The translations under genes were made by a program, and so were the position numbers. Below, in pieces: positions 35,236 to 44,900 of a stretch of 64,000 nucleotides of DNA. This DNA comes from Candidatus Rifleibacteriota bacterium (GTDB lineage: Bacteria; Muiribacteriota; Ozemobacteria; Ozemobacterales; Ozemobacteraceae), in the NCBI GenBank assembly GCA_012517355.1, contig JAAYVD010000050.1, positions 23,350 through 87,349 of the forward strand, given 5' to 3'. Within the stretch, counting starts at the first letter, position 1. Each line of letters opens with the position of its first letter. The notes beneath the pieces were generated by a model. That model saw only the letters and a program-made list of their open reading frames with translations, had not been told where the DNA came from and did no database searches.

Positions 35236-36201
35236 CTACCCCTTGGCTGTGGCGGAGGCGGAAGCGGGAGCGTTCTTCAGCGTGCCCTCGACGGAGCGAA
35301 CCGCCAGGTCGAGCAGCCGCTTGATCTCCGAGGCGCTGGTCTGGTAGCCGCCGTGCTTGTTGGCGAACTGCCGGATGACCAGGATGTTGACGTCCTTGTC
35401 GGTCTTGCGTTCGACGACGTCGCGATCGCCGGCCGCTGGCTGGAAGATCGGCAGCGACGGTCGGGTGATGACCACGAAGTAGAGATACGGCCCGCCGCGG
35501 TTGATGGCCACCTGGGCCTGCACGCCCAGCAGTTCCTTGGGGGCATCGGGTGGTTTGATCATCAGCTTGAGATCGGTCGGCACCTCTCCCTTGTCGGTCT
35601 TGGCCAGTTCGAGCTGGTATTCCCGGCTCCATTTCCCCAGGCCCAATGCGGGAAAACCGGCCAGCAGGGCTTCGAACACGGGCAGTTTGAACTCGACCAG
35701 GTGCGGTTTCCAGGTGTTCGGCGCACAGATCCAGAAATACCAGATGCCCAAAAAGACCAGGTCGAGGAAGGCCGTTCCCAGCATCTCTTCTGCGAAGGAA
35801 TTGCCCAGGCCGTCGGACAGGACCCCGACCGTGCCCATCCCCACCACGAAGACCAGCAGGCTGATCCCCAGGTTGAACAGGCCCCACAGGCAGCCGGAGC
35901 CGAGGTTGTCGATGACCTCAATCTTCTTCTTGATCCGGCCGACCTCGGTGGCCGTGACCTGCACCCAGCGCTTGCCCTCCTCGGCTTTCAGCTTCGGAGA
36001 GAGGTTCAGCCGGGGATCGGCTCCCCATCCCTGCGCGTAGCCGTACCAGAACCCCCCGGCGATGACGGCGAGGCCGAGCCAGGCCGACCACTGCATCTGC
36101 ACGAACAGGCCCCCCATCACCACGAGGGTGGGGATCACCACCTCGCGCAGGATGTCGCTTTCAGCGGCGGGGGCAACGGGAGCCGTCTTCGCAGCTTCCA
36201 T
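35236..36201 (-). CDS. Hypothetical polytopic membrane protein, 321 aa. Last gene of the rSAM/SPASM operon.
   Basis: ATG at 36201 is 6 nt after AAGGAGGG. Several TM helices (IPTLVVMGGLFV, LGLAVIAGGFWYGY, LFNLGISLLVFVVGMGTVGV, FLDLVFLGIWYFWI). Overlaps the 3' end of the rSAM gene by 41 nt, suggesting translational coupling. No recognisable family. Confidence 0.5.
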   Translation of the reverse strand: MEAAKTAPVAPAAESDILREVVIPTLVVMGGLFVQMQWSAWLGLAVIAGGFWYGYAQGWGADPRLNLSPKLKAEEGKRWVQVTATEVGRIKKKIEVIDNLGSGCLWGLFNLGISLLVFVVGMGTVGVLSDGLGNSFAEEMLGTAFLDLVFLGIWYFWICAPNTWKPHLVEFKLPVFEALLAGFPALGLGKWSREYQLELAKTDKGEVPTDLKLMIKPPDAPKELLGVQAQVAINRGGPYLYFVVITRPSLPIFQPAAGDRDVVERKTDKDVNILVIRQFANKHGGYQTSASEIKRLLDLAVRSVEGTLKNAPASASATAKG

Positions 36202-37626
36202 GGTTCCCTCCTTGGGATTCTCGGGAGGAATTTCGGGGACCCAAGACCAGATTCTCCGAAATTGGTCTTGTGTTCCCGAAATTCACGTCAGTCGCAGATT
36301 CCGGCTCGGCGGCCGGCGCCACCGGAGCCAGCTCGGCACACCCCATGGCGCGCCAGTAGAGGGGGCACGCCCCCTCGCACAGGTCGAAATGCCCGCAGGT
36401 CCGGCAGGCCGCCGGGGCCTCCTGCTTCTCACGGAGCCGCGTCGCCGACACCGAGTGCCACACCTCGGTGAACGGCTGTTCCAGCAGCGACCCCTGCGGT
36501 TCGAAGAAACTCGAGCAGGGAATCACCCGCCCCCGCGGATCGACGCTCAACAGTCCGTCACAGGCCGCGCACCCCTTGTTGCCGAGATTGTGGGCGATCG
36601 GGTTGAACAGGCAGTACGGCGTCGGCGAATACCACATGAACCGGATGCCGAGATCGCGGGCGACCGCCTTCACGCGCAGGACGGTCGGGCCGATCTCGCG
36701 GTAGGTCAGCAGCAGCCCTGGCTGGGCTTCCCGCATCCAGGCCGCCGGGATGACCATGTTCATCGAGAACCGGTCGAGGCCCAGGCTCCTGGCCAGGGCC
36801 GGCAGGCGGTCGGCGGCCGCCACGTTGAACCCGGTCAGCGTGGTGTTGGTATGCACCGGCAGTCCCGCCGCCAGGCAGGCCTGCACGGCCGCCACCGTCG
36901 CCGCGAACGACCCCGGCACCCCGGTCAGGCCGTCGTGGATGGCCGCTTCCGGGCCCTCCAGGCTGATCTGCGCCGAGTCGAGGCCGGCCGCCACCAGGGC
37001 GGCCACCAGCGCGGGGGTCAGCCGCAACCCGTTGCTGATCAGGTTGACCCGCAACCCCAGCCGCACCCCCTCCGCGACCAGTTCGGGCAGGTCGTCGCGC
37101 AGGGTCGGCTCCCCGCCGGTGAACGAGACCGACGGCACCTGCGCCTCGTGCCGGATGATCTGGAGCACCCGCTTCACCTCGGCGGTGGTCATCTGGATGG
37201 CGGTGTCCCCGTCCCGGTGCTGGCCGGCGTAGCAGAACCGGCAGGCCAGGTTGCACCGGTAGGTCAGGGCCACCTCGGAAATGATCGGCAGCTTGATGTA
37301 GGGCCGTCGGTAGGGAATGGCCTCGACCTCCGGCCGGCCCCGGCCTTCCCCCAGGCATCCCTTCACCATCGCCACGATGCCGGTGAAAAACTGGAACAGG
37401 TCCCGCCGGACGTGCGGCGGCGGCTGCCGCCCGCCCAGGGCCTGGTCGAGCGTGCGACCGTCGAGCAGGGCCCGCATCAGCTTCATGCCGCTGCGATTCA
37501 GTTTGTACGATTGGTTGGGAACCAGGATCAACAATTCGTCATACTCCCGCAGGAAGACGAAAGACTTGATCTCGCCGATGAACCGGTCGACCCAGTCGAG
37601 GGGAAACTCCTGCTCAGGCGTGGGCA
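36161..37626 (-). CDS. Radical SAM/SPASM-domain maturase with an N-terminal PqqD-like RiPP-recognition element (RRE), 488 aa.
   Basis: N-terminal FVFLREYDELLILVPNQSYKLNRSGMKLMRALLDGRTLDQAL...VRRDLFQFFTGIVAMV matches the PqqD/RRE pattern. Radical SAM LTYRCNLACRFCYAG with FTGGEPTL. SPASM region CAACDGLLSVDPRGRVIPCSSFF...CRTCGHFDLCEGACP. Start ATG at 37626. Confidence 0.85.
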
Positions 37627-37816
37627 TACCCCCACCCGCCTGGCCTGGACGACCTGGCCCGGAGGCCCCGACCGCCCCGAAGTCATCGGAAAGGCCCGCT
37701 TCGGCGCCCGCGCCCGTGATGGTCGCTGCCGTCGAAGCCTCTGCGGCAGGCCGGTCAGCGGAAGCGGCGCAACCCTCCTCCATCTGTGGCCGCTCGCAGC
37801 CCGGCTTGGCTGCCGG

Positions 37817-37945
37817 GGAATTCCGGGGACATGATACCGAATTCCAGGAATTCCGGGGACATGATACCGAACTTCCTGAATTCGATATCATGTCCCCGGA
37901 ATGCTCGGAATGCCCGGAATGCTTGGGGCCCCCATCGGGCCTGTG
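37817..37945. repeat. Lower-GC intergenic repeat cluster: a 25-bp direct repeat x2 (GGAATTCCGGGGACATGATACCGAA), a 17-bp-arm inverted repeat (ATTCCGGGGACATGATA ... TATCATGTCCCCGGAAT) and a 3x GGAATGC tandem. Lies between the Cys/His-repeat coding end and the rSAM/SPASM gene.
   Basis: Read directly at 37817-37841 and 37848-37872 (direct repeats), 37850-37866 versus 37888-37904 (inverted repeat, about 21-nt loop), and 37895-37930 (GGAATGC repeats). Local GC is clearly below the window average. Confidence 0.7.
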
Positions 37946-38109
37946 CGTCACACCCGCCTGGCGGCGGGCGGGACCGGTTTCGCCGACCGGCGCCGTATCG
38001 CCCAGGCCCGGCCCTTCGCCACCGGCCGGTTCGCGGGCGAGGGATGTCGTCGGACCCCTGATCGGCTCCCCCGGCCGTTGTCCGGCAGGGATTTCCGGCG
38101 ACTGTTCGC

Positions 38110-38280
38110 TCACCGGGCCCTCCCCGACACGCAGGCGCTGTGGCACGCGCTGTGGCAGGCACTGTGACAGGCGCTGTGGCACGCGCTGTGACACGCGCTG
38201 TGACAGGCGTCGTGGCAGGCGGTGTGCACGTAGCAGGCCGCGTGGCAGGCATCCGACTTGACCAGGTCGCCCAGGCTCAT
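38110..38280 (-). other. Candidate precursor-like segment (internal Met at 38280): MSLGDLVKSD followed by ten C-H-x-A repeats (ACHAACYVHTACHDACHSACHSACHSACHSACHSACHSACVSGRAR). It is the C-terminal tail of CDS 38110..39954 in the same frame.
   Basis: 12-bp tandem DNA repeat (GCSTGYCACAGY, about 8 units) at 38140-38250 on the minus strand. 10 Cys and 9 His in 40 residues. Lies immediately upstream (in the direction of transcription) of the RRE-rSAM/SPASM gene. Whether it is translated separately is not determinable from sequence. Confidence 0.35.
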
Positions 38281-39954
38281 CGTCTGCTCGACCCCGCTCA
38301 CCTGGCCGATGGTGGGCTCGAGCTCGCCGACGCGGTCGTCGAACCGGTTCCCCGGGACGGTCGCGAGCGGGCCCGGGCCGGGCCGGCCGTGCAGATGGGA
38401 ATGCTGGTGGTGATGATACCAGGACGAAACGTACGACCGCCGGTAGTACCGCCGCCGGTAGACCGGGTAGCCCGACTCGTCGACGGTTTCGGCCGGTTCC
38501 GGCTCCTGCGCGGCCCGGGCAAACTCGGCCCGGTAGTGGGCCTTGGTGGCCTCCGCGTCGCAGTCCCACATCTTGGTCTGGATCGAGTCGACCAGCTTGT
38601 AGAAGATCGCCTTGGCCGTCTCGGGCAGGATCGACCCGTCGTCACCCACCGACTGGATCAGGAGGTTCTCGTAAGGGTCCTCGCTGGTGGGGTGGGGCGT
38701 GAGGAACTTGACGCGGACGGGCTGGGTCGAGGTGATCGACAGCACCCCGTTCTGCTCGAGGCTGGCCAGGATGCACGCCAGCAGCCGCGTGACGGGGTAG
38801 TCGAGCAGCATCATCGCCTCGAGCACCGTCAGCTCGGCCACCTTCCCGTTCTTGCGGAAGCTGGCCACCTGGATCTTCGGCGGCTCCCAGTTTTCCCCCT
38901 CCCACGACAGGTCGGGCACCTTGGCCACCTCGGCCGTCGCCGTGCGCCGTTTGAACCGCAGCAGGAGCAGGGTCAGGCCCATGAACCCGCCCATCACCAG
39001 GAACAGCAGGACCTTCTGCCCGCCGGGCCGGGCGGCCCCGGTCTCCCCGGCCTTCGCCCCATACGACCGGTCGGGCAACGGGCTCTTCTTCCCCGGAACC
39101 GGCCCCGGGCGGCTTTCTTCGGCCTTGAACGTGAAGCCGGTGAACACCTTCCGCGGAAAATACTGCTGAACGCGGATCGCCTCCTGTGAGGGGACGTTCT
39201 CGCGGTGCAGCAGCTGGGTCAGCCAGAACTTCCCGCCGTCACCGCGCTGGCCGCGGTAATCGATCTTGTACGTCGTGTTCATGAACGGCTCGGTCTGGAT
39301 GGTCTGCCGCCATTTCTCCGCATCGATCGCAGCGCCTGAGACTTCCAGAGGCAGGTGCAGGTACACGGTTCGGTGCTCGAGCGGCTCGTCCCAGGCGGGG
39401 TCGGCCCAGTTGAGATAGACCAGTTCCGACTTGTCCTTTTCGGAGCGGGTAATGCCGAGATGCCCCGAGGCCAGCAGGTTGACGGTGTAGGTCAGCACCC
39501 AGGTGGCGGTCTCGCCGGCCGGAATGCGCGCCCCGACCACGTCGACCGCCCACAGGTTGCCCTGCTGCACCACCTTGACCGGCTGGCTGTCCCGGTTCTG
39601 CCGCAGCACCAGGCACTTGTCGGCCTCGAACACCGGGGTGCCAGCCACCCCCATGTAGTCGAGCCCGCCCATGCTCTCGCTTTGAACCGACACCCGGATC
39701 TTGGTCACCACGATGGCATGCCCGTTCCCGGTCAGCGACAGGTCGGTCTCGATCCATTGGAAGTCCACGCGCGGCGCGGCCGCCAGCGACCCGCTGCCCG
39801 CCACCGCCAGGACGAGGGTGAGGGCCGCCAGGACGAGCAGACCGCGCACCCCACCCGGAGCCCGGATCGGCGGGGATGCCCATCGGGCCGAAACCGGCCC
39901 GGCAGACCGGAGCACGCGGGGATCTCCCGCGACGACGGAAACAGGGTGACCCAT
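38110..39954 (-). CDS. DUF2207-like membrane protein (signal/TM, extracytoplasmic beta-rich domain, single TM, cytoplasmic domain) with a Tyr/Arg/His-rich segment and a C-terminal (C-H-x-A)x10 repeat tail, 614 aa.
   Basis: ATG at 39954 is 7 nt after GGGAGG (...EVHMGHPVSVV). Hydrophobic leader VRGLLVLAALTLVLAVAG. Central TM VLLFLVMGGFMGLTLLLL. Tail ...YRRRYYRRSYVSSWYHHHQHSHLHG...MSLGDLVKSDACHAAC...HSACHSAC. The DUF2207 assignment rests on architecture only. Confidence 0.55.
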   Translation of the reverse strand: MGHPVSVVAGDPRVLRSAGPVSARWASPPIRAPGGVRGLLVLAALTLVLAVAGSGSLAAAPRVDFQWIETDLSLTGNGHAIVVTKIRVSVQSESMGGLDYMGVAGTPVFEADKCLVLRQNRDSQPVKVVQQGNLWAVDVVGARIPAGETATWVLTYTVNLLASGHLGITRSEKDKSELVYLNWADPAWDEPLEHRTVYLHLPLEVSGAAIDAEKWRQTIQTEPFMNTTYKIDYRGQRGDGGKFWLTQLLHRENVPSQEAIRVQQYFPRKVFTGFTFKAEESRPGPVPGKKSPLPDRSYGAKAGETGAARPGGQKVLLFLVMGGFMGLTLLLLRFKRRTATAEVAKVPDLSWEGENWEPPKIQVASFRKNGKVAELTVLEAMMLLDYPVTRLLACILASLEQNGVLSITSTQPVRVKFLTPHPTSEDPYENLLIQSVGDDGSILPETAKAIFYKLVDSIQTKMWDCDAEATKAHYRAEFARAAQEPEPAETVDESGYPVYRRRYYRRSYVSSWYHHHQHSHLHGRPGPGPLATVPGNRFDDRVGELEPTIGQVSGVEQTMSLGDLVKSDACHAACYVHTACHDACHSACHSACHSACHSACHSACHSACVSGRAR

Positions 39955-40112
39955 GTGAACCTCCCAGGCTGCGCTCCCCCCCAGTCCCGACCGCGGACCG
40001 TGGAAGGCCGATCGGTCGGGAACGGCTGCCGACCGGGACGGAACCGGCCGACGGGGAACGGTGGCGACGGGCATCGCCGCCCCCTTCACCAGGGGCGGCG
40101 GGGGCGGGAATC

Positions 40113-40505
40113 CTACTCGGCCTTGTTGCTCTCGATGCGGGCCCTGATGAGGTCGGCCTGCGAGGAGATGAACTGGGCGAAGTCGCCCTTGGCGGTGGCC
40201 CAGGCGGGTTCGGCGGGGAAGGTCAGGGCGACCGCCTCCCACAAGTGGGTGTAGACCTTCTCGAGCACCTGTCGCGAATCACCGCCACCGGTGTGCTCGA
40301 AGAACGCCTTGATGGCCACCGGCCGGAAGACCGGCGACGGGGTGTTGGGAATTTCGGTGCTGGCCCCGAGAAACTGCACCTTCATCTCCCCGAACATGTC
40401 GCACCGCTCTTTGATCGCGGTGAGCACCGTGGCGATGGAAAAATCCGCCGAACTGAAGGAGACGGTCAGCAGGTTGTCCTTGATTTCTCCAAATGGCAAA
40501 AACAT
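40113..40505 (-). CDS. Hypothetical protein, 130 aa, first gene of the 40.5-35.2 kb minus-strand gene string.
   Basis: ATG at 40505 is 7 nt after GGGGAGGA. Product MFLPFGEIKDNLLTVSFSSADFSIATVLTAIKERCDMFGEMKVQFLGAST... has no recognisable family. Its stop overlaps the preferred start region of the DUF2207-like gene. Confidence 0.4.
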   Translation of the reverse strand: MFLPFGEIKDNLLTVSFSSADFSIATVLTAIKERCDMFGEMKVQFLGASTEIPNTPSPVFRPVAIKAFFEHTGGGDSRQVLEKVYTHLWEAVALTFPAEPAWATAKGDFAQFISSQADLIRARIESNKAE

Positions 40506-41121
40506 GCGAAGTCCTCCCCGAATGGATTCCGATCGGAAGACCATGGTAGCAGATTTCCCCCAGGGACGCACCGGGCTCCACCCATCGAATTTGTGTGGTT
40601 TTCACACGGCCTTGGTTTTCCCATTGAAACGCCTGGCCACCCTCTGGGGACTTCGGAGAAAGATAGGGGAATGGGAAGGCTATAGGACTCTCTTGCTACC
40701 TCGAGAACAAGCCGGTTTGCATCGGATTATCGTGTAATTTTTGCACGGTAGTAGGCAAGGGGGAACCCCTGGTTTTGCTTTCGTCTTTCTGAAAAATGAC
40801 GCGCCATGGTCCGAACAGGGGAACTCCCACTGATCAGGATGGCGAAGAAAACCATTAGCCCATCCGGGTGATAGCCGGATTCCATGGGATGGGGAGAGGG
40901 CCTGGACATCCCCCTCACCGAACGGAACCTCGCTCGGAAAAAAGGGTCGCCGGTCTGGAAGGATAAGTTCCAACGACGAGGCGGCTCCTCGCCCCTGAGG
41001 GGGACCAGCTTCCGAGGATAGAGGGACAACCCAATCCCTTCGCATGGCCGGCATGGAACTTGCTCGCTCAAGGATAGGGTACACGCCCTTACACCATGAA
41101 ATCCTAGGGAAAGGAACCCCT

Positions 41122-41841
41122 ATGAGCCCTCAAGTCCTAAGAATTCCGTTCCCCTCAGGAAGATCCCAAGGTCCCCTGGGCAAGCTTTTCGGCCTCATCA
41201 AGGGTGTTCCTGGGGAAACCTGGGTTAGATGGCTGGACCGGCTGATTGTGGCCCTGGTTTTCCTGACCATCTGCCTCCTGGGACTCCGCGCCTGGAACAA
41301 CCGATCGGCCCCGATGCCTCCCCTCCCCCAACCTTTTGCCATCCCAGCCACCATCCAGGCCCGTCAACCGCCGCCACCCGGCCAATCGATCCATGAAGCC
41401 CTTCGATTGAGCCCTCAGACCCGATCTCTTGGAGAAGTCCTCCTGAAATCAGGATCCCTGGCCTTCAACCGGGGAGACTTTCCCGCGGCCATCCAGGCGT
41501 TCACCCAGGCCAAGGCTCTGTTGCCGGGCCACCCCGCCCCCCTGGCCGGTCTTGCCCAGATCGATCGGAAGGTTCGCAGCGCCCGGATCTGGACGGACAT
41601 CTCCCGGGATGCCGCGGAGGGAAACCTTCCCCAGGCATGGGAAAAGTTTTCCGCTGCCACCCGGCACAATCTCCCTTTCTTCCTCGACTACGCCCCCCAA
41701 TTTGCTTCGGTCCTCGAAGAACGGGGGGAAGCCGCCTCGGCCGCGGCCATCTTGATGACCTTTTGCCAGTTGCGACCTCAGGCCCAGCGGGAGCATAATC
41801 ACCTGAGGGAGCTCGGAAAGCGGTTCGCTCAGGAGAATTGA
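41122..41841 (+). CDS. Hypothetical membrane-anchored TPR-like protein, 239 aa, with lower GC than the surrounding DNA.
   Basis: ATG at 41122 (AGGAA upstream). One TM (WLDRLIVALVFLTICLLGL). TPR-like helix pairs (GDFPAAIQAFTQAKALLPGHPAPLAGLAQI). GC is visibly lower than the window average. Confidence 0.5.
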   Translation: MSPQVLRIPFPSGRSQGPLGKLFGLIKGVPGETWVRWLDRLIVALVFLTICLLGLRAWNNRSAPMPPLPQPFAIPATIQARQPPPPGQSIHEALRLSPQTRSLGEVLLKSGSLAFNRGDFPAAIQAFTQAKALLPGHPAPLAGLAQIDRKVRSARIWTDISRDAAEGNLPQAWEKFSAATRHNLPFFLDYAPQFASVLEERGEAASAAAILMTFCQLRPQAQREHNHLRELGKRFAQEN

Positions 41842-41922
41842 CCCTGATGCCGCCATGAGAGGAAAACACGTGGGGTAGCTGACACCCGGAGCCTGCCTGC
41901 GATCCACTGGTTTCTGTGGTTC

Positions 41923-44900
41923 GTGGGACTTTTCCTGTTTGTTCCCTTAGCCCCCCTGGTCGCCCTCAATCAATTGTCCCAACCCGCTTTCGACGCGAAC
42001 GGCACCTGGACCTGGGACAACAACATCACCCGGGGAGCTCTCGACACATTTACCAGGAATGCCGGAGGAGGATACTCGGACGCGATTCTCACCTCCAATA
42101 ACACCAGGCGCGATGGCATGCTCCACCAGATCTTCACGACGCCGGCCGCCGGGCCCGTCAACGCCAGGGTGAGAGCGGGTTACCAGACCACCAATACCGC
42201 CGGCTATACCAGTTTCAGCCTGTTGGGAACCGTTCGGGACACCACCTCCGGTGCCTACCCCAACGAAGGGTTGGTCCTCACTTTTCTGAACCGTTCCACC
42301 CTCAATGTCACCGGATGGCAGGCCTCCGGATGGTCCACGGAAAGCCAACTGTCCGCAGGCCGGTCCTACCGGGTCCAGATCTACCACGACATCAATGTGA
42401 CCGGTTTCAACACCAATGTCACGGCCAATATCGATAACGTCTACTGCAACACCAGCCCGGTGAACCTGCGAGCCTCCCGCAGCGGAGCCGATATCGTCCT
42501 GAACTGGGACACCAGCACCGGCGTGGGAACCCTCGCCAATTACCGGGTTTACTACAGCACCACCGGGGTGGCCGGCTCTTTCGTCTGGCTTGCCAACGTG
42601 CCCGCCGGCACCACCAACTACACCCACGTCTCCCCCGGGACGTTATACTATTACGCCGTATCCGACGTAGAAACCGTCACCGGCGACGAATCCCCCCTCT
42701 CCGTGGCGGTCCTTCCCCCCAACATCACCATGGCCGGCGCCAAGAACGTGAACGAGGACACCGACTCGGCCGCGATCACCGACTTCAACTGCACCGGCAG
42801 CGCCGTCTGCTACCCGGTGACCATCGTCCTCACCGTCAGCAACGGCACCCTGACCATGACGAACAACGGGTGCACCACGTTTTCCAACAACGGCACTTCC
42901 CAGGTCACCATCGCAGGGTCCCTGACCGCCCTCAACAATACCCTTGACACCCTCATCTACCGGGGATCCCTGAACTTCTACGGCTCGGACAACCTGAACG
43001 TGAACTTTTCGGGCATCGACATGGGGAACGTGGCCATCACCGTCACGCCGGTCAATGACGCCCCCTCGTTCACCAAGGGGGCCGACCAGACCGCCGAAGA
43101 GAACTCCGGGGCAAAAACCGTGGCCGGATGGGCCACCGCCCTGTCCACCGGGCCGGCCAACGAGTCGTCCCAGTCCATCGCCGGGTTCGTGGTGACCAAC
43201 GACAACAACGCCCTCTTCTCGACCCAGCCCGCCGTCGCCGCCGATGGCACCCTCACCTTCACCCCGGCGGCCTCCGCCAATGGAACCGCCATCGTCACCG
43301 TCCAGGTCCAGGACAACGGAGGGACGGCCAATGGCGGGGTGAACACTTCCGCCGCCCAGACGTTCAGCATCGTCATCTACCACGTGAACAGGGAGCCCTC
43401 CTTCACGAAGGGGGCCGATCAGGTGGTCGCCGAGGATGCCGGCCTCCAGACGGTGGTCGGATGGGCCACCAGCCTGAACCCCGGCCACCCCAGCGAGGGA
43501 GGCCAGGTGCTCGATTTCCTGGTGTCCAACGACAACAACGCCCTGTTCTCCAGCCAACCGGCCATCGCCGCCAACGGCACCCTCACGTTCACCCCCGCCG
43601 CCAACGCGGCCGGGGTCGCTGTCGTCACCGTCCAACTCCACGACAACGGCGGCACCGCCAACGGAGGCGATGATACCTCCCCCGCCCAGACGTTCACCAT
43701 CACCGTGACGGCGGTGAACGATGCCCCCACGATCACCGTTCCCGCCCCCCAATCCGTCTTCAAGAACGGCTCCCTGACCCTGTCCACCGGGAACGGGAAC
43801 CTCATCACCATCGCCGACCCCGATGCCGGCGGCAACCAGATCCAGGTCGGCCTGTCGGTTTCCCAGGGAAAGCTGAAACTCAACGGCACCGGGGGCCTGA
43901 CCATCACCGCGGGCGGCGATGATACCGCCGCCATGACCATCCGAGGAACTCTGGGGAACCTCCAGGCCGCCCTGGATGGCCTCGTCTACACCCCTTCCAC
44001 CGGCTTCACGGGAGCCGACACCCTCGCCGTCCTGCTCGACGACCTCGGCAGCACAGGATCCGGTGGCCCCCTGACCGACAGCGATTCGGTGAGCCTGACC
44101 GTGCTGGTGCCCCCCAACACCGCCCCTCCCACCGGCCTGGAGGCCCTGCCCTCGGGAGGAGGCATCTACCTCGGATGGAACCCCAGTCCTCCCGAGAACG
44201 GCGCTACCGTCGTCAGCTACCTGCTGTACCGCAATCTCACCCCCAACGATCCGGCCGGGGCCACCCTGATCCAGACGCTGCCCGCCGGAACCACCAGCAC
44301 CACCGACACCTGGTTCGGTGACCCCCACTACTACTTCATCCGCGACCTCGATTCGAACGGGCAGACGTCCCCCTACTCCAGCCAGGTGTCGGTCGCCCAG
44401 GCCTTTCCCGTCTACGACGGCTTGCGCGAGGACCTCGACTTTTCCTGGAACCCGGACCGGGTGGAAGTGAACTGGGTCCATCCCAACGTCGACTTCAGCG
44501 GCTACCGCGTGGCGGTGGGCACCACCCCCGGCTCCACCAACGTCCTCGACTGGACGCCGGTCGGCACCACCGACCATGCCACGTTGGCGGTCTCCCCACC
44601 CCTGGCCTCCGGTACGACGTATTTCACCTCGGTCCAGTTGATCGACCCCCTCGGCAACCTTTCGACCCTCTCGACCTCCAACGGATTCACGGTCAGGGGT
44701 GACCAGATCCTGATCGACACTTCGAACACCGGGTATTTCAAGTATGCGCGGGCCCTGGTCAACCTCGATACGACCACCGACCCTGGCTCCCTCCGGCCCA
44801 AGACCTTCGCCGGAGGAGGGCTGTGGCAGTACCGGGTCAAGGTGACCGTGAAAGAACCGGGAGTCACCGCCCGCCTCAACGCCCCCTGCCACGTGACGTT

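Noticed and set aside
38110-38280. Assigning the Cys/His repeat to the His-Xaa-Ser (HxsD) repeat-peptide system, or to SCIFF.
   Set aside because: The repeat register is C-H-S-A, with His directly followed by Ser, not H-x-S. The leader lacks the SCIFF GG/conserved leader motif. Only the general class (rSAM/SPASM plus Cys-rich substrate) is supported.
40680-41084. ORFs 40680..41084(-) and 40727..41071(-) inside the low-GC island.
   Set aside because: No RBS, odd composition, and they overlap the probable promoter region of two divergent genes. Judged non-coding.
40506-41121. Tried to read the low-GC island as RNase P RNA, tmRNA, SRP RNA or 6S RNA.
   Set aside because: None of the conserved motifs of these families could be found on either strand by eye (RNase P GGAAAGUCCGG / ACAGAAnCCGGCUUA, the tmRNA tag reading frame and 3' tRNA-like end, the SRP GGAA tetraloop helix). 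Left as an unassigned region.
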